In this document: one piece after another, positions 1 to 11,683 of the stretch | How the letters are laid out: each line of letters starts with the position of its first letter | Position numbering within the stretch: position 1 is the first letter of the stretch | From: Macrostomum lignano | Taxonomy: Eukaryota | Direction: 5' to 3' | Assembly (NCBI GenBank): GCA_002269645.1 | Contig: NIVC01000040.1 | Coordinates: forward strand, 372,001-436,000 | DNA: 64,000 bases | Translations under genes and position numbers: made by a program | Notes under the pieces: model-generated | Database searches by the model: none | What the model was told of the DNA's origin: nothing | Seen by the model: the letters and a program-made list of their open reading frames with translations, nothing else

Positions 1-2311
1 TCATCAAGTCCCCCTCGAATCAGACTGCAGAGAACTAGGTCCTGGAGCCAGCGACGGAACTGCACTGCATGCACAGCTTGTGGACAAGGCAATTATGCTG
101 CAATGGAATTTATCAGTACATTTACATTAGTGACAATTGGACTACAATGCTGAACATTATCATTTTACAACAGGAAAGAAATTAAGTTTCATTTTTCTAA
201 CTTGAAATATCTGACTTTAAGCATTAAGCATACTCACTATTCTTAAAAGGAAATGGTGGGACACTGAAAGCAGCCAACTTTGCCATGGTCCTCCACATCA
301 TGACTCAGATGTATCAGGAAATACAGAAATAGAAGTTCCTGAAGTTATTGTCTTGCTGATGTCCTGATGGACCTGCTCAATGCTCATGAATGTTCATCAG
401 GCTTTGTGTTGACATAATCTCTTTGGTATTCTGCTGTAATTAGCTGCAATTGCCTTATCTGGTGCACATGATGGGAGCATGACATTATTTAACTTCTTGG
501 GCAAAGTATGCCATCTACAATGCAAAATTTGATAAAAATATATTATCTGTATATAAGAAACAAAAAATGAATATTTTTTCAAGGAAATACATAGAATAAA
601 AGCTTATAAAAATCAATTTTTAATAATCTATAGGTAGCTATTATTTAAGATAAAGATTTATAGGCCTTTTAGTTAGTTACATTAATTTGATTAATAATTT
701 ATTAGATAATTAGATAATTATTAAAGATTAAAAAAGGATTAGATATTTAATAATTTTATTAGATTTTATTAGAATTTTTTAATTTCTATCAATAAATTGA
801 AGGATAAAAGGCAAAAAATAATAGGCTTACCAAAAAGCTAAGTTAGACATAGAAATTGGTTAAGTTTTCAAAGCAAAGTTTTCAAAGCATAAATTATAAA
901 GCAATTTAAAATAAATAGACAAAATAGGGCCTAATCAATGGCATGCTAATGGCAATCCCAATACATAGTCATTATAAAAGTAGGCCTATAAGCCTAAAAA
1001 ATGCAAAAAAATTCTATAAACTAACCTTTTAAATTCCTAATTATTAGTACACTAGAATAATTTTCAAAATATGAATTTTGGCCAAAGATTAGATTAAATA
1101 AAGTTAGGGCCTAACTATCAACATTAATATGTATGTCATTATAAATATAAATAATTTTGTAAATCATATCTTATTAGATAGCCTAGGTCTAGTCAATGGT
1201 CTACATTATTAAATTAAGGCCTAACAATATAAAAGGCCAACTTAAGCTTATAAAATAAAGTCTCAATAATCCCCTTGCTTGTTTTCCCCAATTTAAAGTC
1301 CAATTTTTATTGCTTTTTTCCAACCCAGCTTTCTGTCATTGTAAGCAGAATGACACCATTTGTGTACATAGCATCATAGGTTACTAAGGAACAGGCTCCA
1401 CTTTATGAACTTGATTTGACAAGCCTTTTGGTTTGGCCAAAAACACAACACAATATTTATAGGTAGGTAGGCTGAGGCAAAATTAGGTTTGCTTGTTAAG
1501 ATGTAGACAGCACAAAGAAAATGATAAATTTGAATAATCGTTAAAGACAGTTGACCACAGACCTCTATCATCTTATAAATATAAGGTCATACAAAATTAT
1601 ACCACACAAGGTACAGAGATCAAATGCAGAATTAATTATTTAGCTACTTCTGTCACTATTAATCAGTAAATTTACTTATTGTCAAAAGAAACAGTTCGTA
1701 TTTTGCTACTTCGATCAAGAAAATTTTACTATCCATCGTATAACAAACGAACAAACAACCTTCGTGTAGAAATAAAGGATAGTTCAGCTCAACTAGTTTA
1801 AAAATTCATAAAAAAGTTATTCCGATTTAAGTAAGGATATAAAATCTTCTATAGCATATCAAATATTTTTTGAAAAGAGCCTACGTCGCAAGCCCTACTC
1901 TCCTTGCATGGATAAATCATGGATGAAGCATCCATGATGCCATGTATGGATCATACCTGAACATGTATGGAGCCATACCTGATCATACATGGTTCCACGT
2001 AAACTTCATCCATGGTTACTTTCCATCCATGTACATTGATGTATGATTTTAAATATAATTTTCCTTACTACACTACTGTTAGTAGAACGCAATGTTTGCG
2101 TAGGTTCATTTTAAAGCTGAAATTTTCTAAACAAATTCGGCAGCATCTTTAGTGCTGCTGAGAAATATGTTTCCATTCCCTTATAAATCACTTTCAAAAC
2201 AAAAAAGTATCAGAACAAATACTTATGCAATTAAATGTAGAAGTAATTGAAAACTCGTATGATGACCATTTCGAGACTTATATTATTAATGATAATTAGG
2301 CATAATTCATT

Positions 2312-2856
2312 TCAAAGTACTGTAAGAAAAAATAAGACAGCTCAGTCTCAGAGAGCTTTAAAATACAGAATGGACAGAATTTGACGCATTTCAAGGTACT
2401 GTAAGAAAAAATAAGACAGCTCAGAGAGCTTTAAAATACAGAATAGACAGAATTTGACGCATTTCAAGGTACTGTAAGAAAAAATAAAACAGCTCAGAGA
2501 GCTTTAAAATACAGAATAGACAGAATTTGACGCATTTCAAGGTACTGTAAGAAAAAATAAAACAGCTCAGAGAGCTTTAAAATACAGAATAGACAGAATT
2601 TGACGCATTTCAAGGTACTGTAAGAAAAAATAAAACAGCTCAGAGAGCTTTAAAATACAGAATAGACAGAATTTGACGCATTTCAAGGTACTGTAAGAAA
2701 AATAAAACAGCTCAGAGAGCTTTAAGATACAGAATAGACAGAATTTGACGCATTTCAAGGTACTGTAAGAAAAAATAAAACAGCTCAGAGAGCTTTAAGA
2801 TACAGAATAGACAGAATTTGACGCATTTCAAGGTACTGTAAGAAAAAATAAAACAG
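2312..2856. repeat. 73-bp tandem repeat, about 7.5 copies, inside the CACTA element
   Basis: Unit AAGGTACTGTAAGAAAAAATAAAACAGCTCAGAGAGCTTTAAAATACAGAATAGACAGAATTTGACGCATTTC; period read from TCAAGGT at 2391 and 2464. Confidence 0.95.
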
Positions 2857-3185
2857 TAAATTTTACTGAACAGTCAATAAATAGAATTAGCCGAATTCGG
2901 TACGCATTAAGGGCAAGGGCCGACTAATCCTTTACGAAACGAAGTTAATGCTGCATTAGTCAATTATTTGCGCACAGAAACTTGGAGATTTTGAATATGG
3001 AGAGATCGGACAAAGAGAGGTAACGGTGGGAGTCTGAGAGGGAGGAAGTTGGGCATCTGGAAAGTTATTCTGATTCCCTGATGGTTTTATCTTGGTCATG
3101 GAGCATAATTTTATTTTCTGCCAGACTTTGCAGCATTAATAATAAAATAATCGGATCTAAGGTACGGACACATACTCGTACCTTT

Positions 3186-5486
3186 TTAATCATGTTCAAA
3201 CTCTTTGAACAATGGCACAGCGCAATAACAGTCTTTGCTGAACGATTCTACTGGAACAGCGATGCAGGGTCGATCGACCTCTGAAAAATTAACTATACGT
3301 TCGCGTCTGGCCGATCTGGGCGCATTAGACAGGGATATCAATACAAAATTGAATGTCGAAGACTTTTTGAACATGGATTCCAGCAATGCTTTCCAATTAA
3401 GTAAATCGATGGGGAAAGTTGCTGCTGGTACTCGTAAAACAAAATCAAACAGCGAACCAATGGGATCCAAAATTTGCACTCGAATAGTATTAGGCTCGAG
3501 GAACTCTGCAATAGTGCAGATTTCGCCGGACTTCAATTGGCAAAGATGGTTAGAATTTTTCGACGCACAAGCTGAGCTTGTCGAGAAAAAATGTCCATTA
3601 AAATAAGCAAGTGAGTTTCGAAGAATACCATGTGGCCTGGATGGCTCTAAAGATATAGAGTTAACTGCATCCACTACAATAGAGTCCTTAACACAAGAAA
3701 AGTAGTGATGTAGCAACTTTTGAAACAAAAACTTGCGAACAAGCTGTGGGCCAAATGACACAGTTCCGCATAAGAACTTTTTGAACATGCCAATGGAGCT
3801 CTCAAATGCGAACATAGAATAATTAAATACAGGTCCGTACAATTCGTACTGTTCAGCCATATGCAAAAGCAGGTGGAAATTAAGGCGGAGTACTTTCGGT
3901 CCGAATATTTGCTGAGCATTGGAGATAAAAGCTTTGCATAGCTTTTCGATATCAGTCTTATTTGATTGGGGGCTATACAACATGTGATAAATAAGAACTA
4001 AATTAGTTAACAGCAGTTTCAATGGAAAATGCGAAATTCTCTGCAAAAACGTAGGAAGAAGAAAGTATAGCGCAAAGTTTTTAAAATGCTTTGCTTTCCA
4101 ATCTGAAAAGCCTTTAAAATTTGTGTTGATTGTGATGCTAGAAGGAGTTATAGATTGACGAATACAATTAGATATGAAATCCATGCAATTAGCTGAGCAA
4201 AAATACAACTCGCGCCTGTTTGCAGGTAATGACAGCTCTTCTAGTAGATACTTGGTGTGGCCTTCGAAAAAGCAGTGTAAACTGTCAATAGGATTGCAGC
4301 TGGGAAACGGAACATAGTCTAACAAGCAACTGCGCATCTTTACGCCAAAAACAGGCCGATTTCGAATTTGTGCGAGCCGACAGTGTTCAAGATGGGAAGA
4401 TGGGTTTCTCAAAGGAAACAAGTAGCCTTCACCATAGCGGAAGATCCAGTTTTTACCTTTCTCGGATACTTTAAAGCTCTCACCTGGGTGCAAGCACCTA
4501 GGACAGCTAAACGCACCATTGTACTGGTGAATGCAGAAGAGCTTAGCAAGAGCGGGCAAGTCACAAACAAAGAGTGTGTAATGGACATGAACGGTGTATT
4601 CCGAGAATATAAACTGTTTTGGCAAATTGTTCATAATTTCAGACAGAAAAGACTGGAAATGCGGGACTGCCTTCGATGAAACAAGAGCAATTAGAATTAA
4701 ATTTGCAAAGCGTTGACGGATGTAAACAGGAAGGTTTAGAAGTTGAGCCTGAAATGGCCAAAAGCTACTCTGAACAGATTCAAAAAAATTGGCGCCATCA
4801 GCTGAGATTAGAAGATGCAAGTGAAGCGACTTGCCAGAAGATAGGCTTAAGCCTTGTTCTTTAACTATTTTGGAATTCAAAACGTCTGTGTTTTTATCCT
4901 TTTGCAATTCTTGCTCATACTGCAGAATAGTTGAAGTGTGGCTGCTTAAGATAGTCCGCAGCTGTGGAACAATATTGAGCTGTGTCACAGCAACCTTTGA
5001 CTTTGGGGAATGAACCTGACACTGGCTTTTGCATTCTGGGCAAAAGCCAAATTCAGACACGTCACTATCATCAAGAGGGCAAGTATCTTGAATCAATGAT
5101 TTGAGCAACTTGACGCTATTTGGAAGAGCTAGAGAATCTCTACTAAAAATAGAAAGTAGCTTCAGGAGTCTATCAAGAGCAGCCTCTGAAACTCCGGAAG
5201 TAATTGCCCACTGAAAAATCAGAGCCGCCTGCACACTGGGATCTGAGATGGAAGCCAAATTCGCTAAGCTATCTGAACTCTCCTCAAGCACAGGCACAGC
5301 ATTGTTTTCACCAATAAAAGTTTCCACAGCGTCAGGACAGCTGTGCGAGTGCGTTACACCGGCTTCGCTTGAAATTGAACTCCTATTACTTGTAGAAAAA
5401 CTATTTGAGGGAGAAGAAATCGCCTGACAAGAGTAGGCTGAGTAATTAGTAGAAAGAGAGTGCTCAGATTCTGATTTACTAGACAT
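3186..5486 (-). CDS. CACTA/EnSpm-type DDE transposase, 766 aa, uninterrupted ORF
   Basis: Family motifs in order: ISADGAN..SFWP..LLNLP..R..NLIL (first Asp), FVCDLPA (second Asp), NGAFSCPRC, DSLH, WKAKHF, LNFHLLLH, YGPV..SMFAFES (Glu). Lies between the TIRs. Confidence 0.9.
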   Translation of the reverse strand: MSSKSESEHSLSTNYSAYSCQAISSPSNSFSTSNRSSISSEAGVTHSHSCPDAVETFIGENNAVPVLEESSDSLANLASISDPSVQAALIFQWAITSGVSEAALDRLLKLLSIFSRDSLALPNSVKLLKSLIQDTCPLDDSDVSEFGFCPECKSQCQVHSPKSKVAVTQLNIVPQLRTILSSHTSTILQYEQELQKDKNTDVLNSKIVKEQGLSLSSGKSLHLHLLISADGANFFESVQSSFWPFQAQLLNLPVYIRQRFANLILIALVSSKAVPHFQSFLSEIMNNLPKQFIFSEYTVHVHYTLFVCDLPALAKLFCIHQYNGAFSCPRCLHPGESFKVSEKGKNWIFRYGEGYLFPLRNPSSHLEHCRLAQIRNRPVFGVKMRSCLLDYVPFPSCNPIDSLHCFFEGHTKYLLEELSLPANRRELYFCSANCMDFISNCIRQSITPSSITINTNFKGFSDWKAKHFKNFALYFLLPTFLQRISHFPLKLLLTNLVLIYHMLYSPQSNKTDIEKLCKAFISNAQQIFGPKVLRLNFHLLLHMAEQYELYGPVFNYSMFAFESSIGMFKKFLCGTVSFGPQLVRKFLFQKLLHHYFSCVKDSIVVDAVNSISLEPSRPHGILRNSLAYFNGHFFSTSSACASKNSNHLCQLKSGEICTIAEFLEPNTIRVQILDPIGSLFDFVLRVPAATFPIDLLNWKALLESMFKKSSTFNFVLISLSNAPRSARRERIVNFSEVDRPCIAVPVESFSKDCYCAVPLFKEFEHD

Positions 5487-5535
5487 AAAAATAGCAATTC
5501 AAATATTCAAAAGTTACTAGAATTTTTTCCGCAAT

Positions 5536-7485
5536 TCACGGTCCCATTCGCCTTGAGCGGGAAATGGAATCCCCTGACTCGGGTCCAGAAGCAGCAGTTG
5601 AAGTTCGCTTTCTCGCCCGTGTCTCCTCCCTGGCCAGCTGATTGAGATGGTCTCGTACAGACTTCCAGATTTCGTGGAAGTCGTAGCCAGATGTTCGATA
5701 GCACAATTGAAGCAAACCTGAAAATTCACGAGTATAGTAAAATATTTTTACAATAGACATTGTGTACTGTGTTTATAGTAGAAATAGGCTAAATTTAAAA
5801 GGAAGTTGATTTATGATGCTAATCATTAAATAGGTCAATGGGATGTATTGAACTTTAGAACTATTTTTCCTCAATTTCTTTTATCTCAGACCTAAATGTG
5901 TTTTTTTAGAAAATATCCCAAGTATTGGATTCAGATCATTTAGCATTAATTAGCCTAAATTGCTTTATAATAAAAAAATTGCACAAAACTGTGAAAAAAT
6001 TATATATATATATTTACGTTGAAACTCTGTCACATGCTCAGATGGAGCAGGCCTTCGGGAACTGCGAGCACCACAGGATGAATCGATTATATGCTCAAGC
6101 AAGTAGCCTTCGCCAAATCGCAGCTTGATATACCTTCGGAGGAACACCTTAGGATCGTTGCAAAGAATTGAAGACAGTCAGCTAGGGAACCATCAATGCA
6201 CCTAAATTCCTAAAAAATGTTATTATATAGTAGAACTTTTATACTACAGACGTGATGCTGCTGATGCTAAGAAAAAACTGACATACCTCATTTTGGTATT
6301 CTTTAATTGTTAGCATTCCACCAAAGTTGTCATCCTTTTTTAAAAGTCGGCATATCCTTGCAGCAAGACGCTTCTCAAGAGAAAGCAACTCGGATTGAAT
6401 GAACAGTTTTAGATCTAGAGTAAGATATATGCTCATATATAAAAATATGGTGATTTTGATTTTTAATAATGTGATTGTATCATATTAAAAAAATAAAATT
6501 ATACCTTTCATTGTTGCATCCGATTCACTGTTTACTATCTGTACCCCTCGGAGGGGTTGCACTTCTTGAATTGCACCTAGTGATAAAAAAGGCTTATTGC
6601 TACAAAAATATTGACTCATTTGGTATTTGGTTTTCAATTAGGTGTAATAGAATATACAAACTTGATTCCAAGAGGCCTGTGGCACGAGCTTGCTCATTTT
6701 CAACCAAAGATGCCTCTCTCTCAAATGCAGAAATGGCTTTTTCTAAAAAATAATAATTAATCAAATAATACAACAAAAAAAACAAATTGCAAACAATTAA
6801 TAGTTCATATATATTGCAGTTTTACCCATTGATTGAGTAGCTGGTATCGCCAAATTTGGTTCGCCACTTTCACTATCCACTTCATAAAGCTCGTCAAGTA
6901 GTCCATGCTGATGACAACTAGAACTTGAAGCAACCTGCTTTGAACTAGATGACCTTATTGTCCTTACATTTGCAATGCCAGCTTGGGGATCTTTCATTGC
7001 AAAAAGCTCAATAGCTTGGCTAATCAATGAATCAGTATTTTCAGCCTCACTAACCAAGTTGGAAAGTTGGTTCATAGTTGAAGCCATTTGCCTTTCACTA
7101 CCTTTTGCCACAAGTGTAGCAGAAAATAGTTTGCCATACATGCGTAAAAAGACTTTAGTCCCCTAAAATATAATTTAATAAAGTAATATTACATTTGTAG
7201 TTGGAATAATTTGTTTTAGAAACCATGTACTCAATAACAAAATATTATGCATATAAATCCAACTTAAAATCTTACTTGTGCAAGTTCCAACTTTTCATCA
7301 TTAGTTATTGTACTTGGCCAATAGGGAGACCCAAATGCAATGGTCACATATTGCTCATCATGGCCAACATTGTGAAGAATAAAGCAGAAAAACAATGCTG
7401 AATTGTCATTTCCAAATTTAGAAGTACTTTTTGTCTGCTTTCGAAGAGGCCTAGAATTAGATGCACTTAATCCAATATCATCCAT
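5536..7485 (-). CDS. CACTA accessory (TnpA-like) protein, about 379 aa, 7 exons, BEN-like C-terminal domain
   Basis: Phase-consistent GT-AG model: 7276-7485, 6826-7162, 6662-6742, 6505-6576, 6287-6414, 6018-6147, 5536-5717 (1140 nt). C-terminus VFLRRYIKLRFGEGYL..GARSSRRPA..FQRLLQLCYR..EIWKSVRDHLNQLAR resembles a BEN domain (judged by eye). Confidence 0.7.
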
Positions 7486-8624
7486 AACAATTTGTTCTGA
7501 AAAAGTTTCACAAGGAGATAAGGTTTGAAGAATCAATCAAGAGGCCAATGACAAACCAATTAGAATTGTATATAAAAAAAATTTAATGTAGGGACCCTAG
7601 GCCCCTATGATTTTAAATAAAAATTATAATATAAGGCCTAGGCCCTATATATAGGCCTATAATTATAAAGTTGTGCCATTGTGGATTTTCTGATACAAAG
7701 TAGACAATATTAGGCCTAATTGGGCCTAGTCTAGTCTAGTTTTGATTATAGACTGTATATTAGATACAAAGGACATGAAAGGTCTCGAAATTAAGTACCA
7801 ATTACCATAATATACTATTATTTTTTATTATTTTGAAACTGTCAGCCTACCATGTGATTTTTATCATTAGGCTATGGCCTAGGTCTAGGATGCCACTTTA
7901 GACTAGGCCTTTGGCTTTGGTTAGGCCAACCTATCATTAAAAAAAAGCAGCAAAATATCATTCAAAAATATACATCTAACCCCTATAGGTTATCTTTGCA
8001 TCCCAAATATAATATATAATAGGGTTTCTATTTTCTAATATATCTACAAATACAATTTTCACTGAAGGAGTGAAGATCAAAATTAGCATGTCAAAAAACC
8101 TTACAAGCCACCGAATTTTAAAACTAGCTACCAAAAGTGGAACTGGAAGTATATAGCTAAGAAAAAACATAAACATAAACATAGCACATAGTGACACATA
8201 ATGAAATGATGACAACATGCAAGAGTGACAGAGTCCTCTTAGAAAGGAAAAATAGGCCTAGTAATTTATGTTTATGGGAAGTTAAGTCCGTAATTAACTA
8301 AACCGAAACAAAATGGCCAACAAAATTGCTGGTAATATATTCAAAGCAATTTGTAGGTGAAGATTTTAACAAATTTATTAAACTATTTTTTGTATTTACA
8401 ATTTCGCTTTTATTAAATATATTTAAAACTTTATTAGATATACATAAAATAGCCTGAAATTTTTTATAAGCTTAGTTATTTATTTTCCCGTATGAACTCC
8501 CTGACATGGATGATTTTACCATGGAAAGTTTTAAAAATCCATGCATGAAAATACCATGAACATGCATGATTTATCAATGGATCATGGATCATAGATGATT
8601 TATCCATGATAAGAGAGTAGGGAG

Positions 8625-8729
8625 ATGACGTCGCCCCGACTAAAACAGTGCAACCAATATTTGCCCGCGACGATGGCGACCAATGGCGACTTCATTGCGA
8701 CGTCGAGGCGACGTACTGCCTTGCTTGGG
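8625..8729 (-). mobile_element. Terminus of a second, outer CACTA-like element
   Basis: Reverse complement starts CCCAAGCAAGGCAGTACGTCGCC with repeated ACGTCG/GCGAC subterminal motifs. The same motif (CTACGTCGC) lies just left of the inner element at 1881-1890. Partner end not seen in the window. Confidence 0.45.
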
Positions 8730-8848
8730 GAGTTTTAACTCCTTTTGAGGTAGGGCTCCTATAGAATTCATCGTTAATTACTCGAATAGTTAATTATTAT
8801 ATCACTAATAATTTCTGAGAGCATACTAACGTGCGCAATTAATTCTAA

Positions 8849-11024
8849 TGTAACCGCCCTTGACGCCTGTCCGCTCCGTAGAGAGACGAACGCATGACTA
8901 GAGGGGGCAATGACCGTAGGCTGCCTATGACCGGGCAACGACCTGACGGACCTCCAGCACCAGACTGTCCCGCCCACATGATTAGTAGCTTTTGGTAGCG
9001 CTTCGTGACCAGAGGGCCAAGGACCCACATGGACCCCACCTGTAGCCAAGGTGCAATAGTTGGTCACTCGGTCATGGTATGACCGAGTGGCTGCCACCAC
9101 TCTATGTGACCTGGCGCACCTGGATCTTTCTACCAGACCTCTCGAGGCTAGAGCCCCGCCTGGATTGGTTACCAGGGGATTTAGGCTAACAGGGGAGACG
9201 CATGCAGCCGAGTACAGGGACTCTGCTTGGGGCATGATCGGGAACTCTGGGCTCAATCCTGGAGGATTTCTCAGCAGGGGATCCTTTGTGGCTGTGAGCG
9301 AGGCTGACTTGCGACTTTGATTACTAAGAGTAGTATGAGGCGAACATGTGCTGTCTCCAGTTTAGATTGCTCAGGGCGAAGGGACGCGTTAGCATGGGGG
9401 TGCAACCTTCCCACTGCCATTCTGTGCCAAGACTCGCTAATCCCTCTACTGCACGCACACGCGGCCCCGCAGCACGCACTCACAGGCGGGCTTTGCACGG
9501 GGAGAGGCCATTAGCTTACCCAAACTCCCTTATGCTTTGCCACCCCGGGAGAAAGGCTTAACAAGCCATGAGTTAAATGATGGTGAAAGATTGAATAATG
9601 ATGAAGTTAGTTAATAGTTAATAATTAGGCCCTTAGGCGAATAATCAGGCAATTAGGCGGCTTCACTATTGAGTAAAATACAGCAAAAGATACGGTATCA
9701 CAATTGGCTCAGCTCTCTAATCAGACAATAGAAAAAAGGCAAACCCCGGATAAGCAAAGGCAATTAGAGCACAAATTAGTAACAGGAACTTACCGGCAGC
9801 TGCACAGAGAGAGAGAGAGAGAGAGGCGGAGTGACCGAGGGTGGCTGTAGGCTGCAGTCAGGCAGACAGTGAAGCGGCGATGCGCTGGAGCGGCGAGGCG
9901 CTGATGTAGATCAGGCGATGCTGATAGGCGAGCTCGCTTGGGGAGCTAAGGATAACTTGACGGTAACAGACCGCGGACCGGCAGGGATTCGTCTTATAGA
10001 CGAATGGGTCAGAATTCAGTCTGACGGCAAGTCTAAAGAAAGACTAGGAGCCCGAAGGTGGGCAAAAGTTGAGGATTCTCATGCCGAAATCGCTTCCTTT
10101 TATAGACCTCACAGCCGTTCTCACAGGTCGTTACCATGGCTCCCTCTCTCTGATTGGTTGCCGGCAGAATGACGTCAGAATGAGTCATGATGAGAAGCAT
10201 GAGACCGGCATAGCAACATGAGAAATAGGGAAATTGCGCAATCCGGAGGTGGGGTGGGGGGATAATTGGCGCAGCGGGTGGTTGCGAAAGTGTTGCGCAA
10301 GCAAACATTGAGAACAATAGGGCTGGGGTCGAGAACAAAGGAATTGGAAATCGGGGATAATTGGGGAGAACTGAGAACAATGGAAACGTAAACATTGGGG
10401 AAAAGTTGATAATTAGGTGCGAAAACGAGAACAAAAGAAAGAGAAAATCGGAGAAAATGTGATAATTGGTGGGGGTCGAGAGAACAAAAGAATCAAAAAC
10501 GAGAACAATAGAAGCGGAGGTGGGGTGGGTGTCGCATGAGAAATTTGGGGAGGAGAACAATGGCATGAGAAAAGGTTGCGCAAGAGAGGGGGGTGAGTCA
10601 TCGGGGGGAAGAAGGGGTCACACGACTTGCGTCACCGTTTGGGAGTTTGGGAAAGGATGGGAGGTCGGTGAGCACACAACATACTGTAAGTAGACGTAGA
10701 GAAAGAGGGGACAGCGCAAGAAAAGAGTGCAGAGAGAGACAAAAAGAGGGGGGGATAGGGGAAGTACCAGAAGAATAGGGTGGAGTGCAGCGGAGATAAG
10801 GTAGAGGGGAGGGTACAGAGAGGGACAGGGAGCTCCGGAAAGGCAGGTGTGGCGGCAGGGGAGACGGAACCAAGGCAGTAGGAGGGGGGGCAGCAGAGCG
10901 GGAGTCTCCAGGCCTGGGCGGAGACCTGGCCGAGTCTCGACAGCTCTGTGCAGAGGGTACACGGGATAGGAGGCACTTTCGAAAAAGTTCCCATGCCCTA
11001 TCCCGCGACCAGAGCGTGGTTACA
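8849..11024 (-). mobile_element. Long solo-LTR-like segment (2176 bp)
   Basis: Ends TGTAACC...GGTTACA (7-bp perfect inverted termini, TG..CA). Internal minus-strand CRE/CCAAT/TATA cluster and a splice donor at 9789-9794. Flanks TCTAA/TCAAT do not form a TSD; no adjacent PBS or PPT. Confidence 0.5.
10097..10177 (-). promoter_or_regulatory. Pol II promoter-like cluster
   Basis: On the minus strand, in 5'->3' order: TGACGTCA (10170-10177), CCAAT (10153-10157), TATAAAAG (10097-10104). Confidence 0.5.
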
Positions 11025-11683
11025 TCAATTCACTGAAAGCTCATGCACACGCGAGAACGAATAGGTTACCGTATGTGTGACAAGAGGTCTATCAGTTGTT
11101 TGACTGCACTGATTCTGCGGGTATATAAATACCGTGCGCACCGATTTGAATTTCGCTTTTGCCTTGGCGCTTCTGCGAGACGGCTAGTGTAAATCGCCTC
11201 TCTTAGCCCAGACTGTGTGCTCCCAGTTTTGTATTGTCTTGTAAGATGGGCCCGGTGTGCCTGGACAATAGTTCATGACTAGTTATTAGTAACTATTGAG
11301 TTTTAGTTGAGCACGGCTCCTAAGTACGAAGTTAGATTAGTCCAACTAAATCTAACAAGCTCTAACAAACTGTGTTAGTAAAAGGACACAGGAGGCCGAG
11401 GTTATCTGTGTGTTTTTGTTCTTTATAATTATTGTTAAGGTTATATTTGTTATTTTCTGCTGGTGCGCTAGTTCCAATTAATAAGTTATACCAATAGTAA
11501 GTTATATATAAGTTATACCAATACCAATAAATTAATTTGTTAATTTATCGTTTAGTAATTACAATTGACAATTTGCAGTTATTTGGTTATCGTTCATTCT
11601 AAGTTAATTCAAGTTATTCAAATCTCTTTTGATAGCGATTTATTGGCTCAGTCATTTAATCATAGCTTCGATTGGTGGCAGCG
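11025..11683 (+). mobile_element. Possible LTR remnant followed by a tRNA-Leu-type primer-binding site
   Basis: TATATAAA 11122-11129, AATAAA near 11526, then TGGTGGCAGCG at 11673-11683. No recognisable gag follows. Confidence 0.35.

Larger units (their letters stand above)
1893..8622 (-). mobile_element. CACTA/EnSpm (CMC) DNA transposon, apparently full length (6730 bp)
   Basis: Left end CCCTACTCTCCTTGCATGGATAAATCAT (1893) and reverse complement of right end CCCTACTCTCTTATCATGGATAAATCAT (8622) form imperfect TIRs. 2-bp TSD AG at 1891-1892 and 8623-8624. Subterminal CATGGA/TCCATG repeats at both ends. Contains a transposase and an accessory gene. Confidence 0.9.

Noticed and set aside
1-590. 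Possible exon fragments at the window start
   Set aside because: No phase-consistent model or recognisable motif found.
3235-3606. 123-aa plus-strand ORF and other short ORFs antisense to the transposase
   Set aside because: Shadow ORFs with no recognisable motifs.
8774-10994. Many 60-180-aa ORFs in the LTR-like segment
   Set aside because: GC- or GA-rich sequence yields overlapping ORFs on both strands, none with protein motifs.
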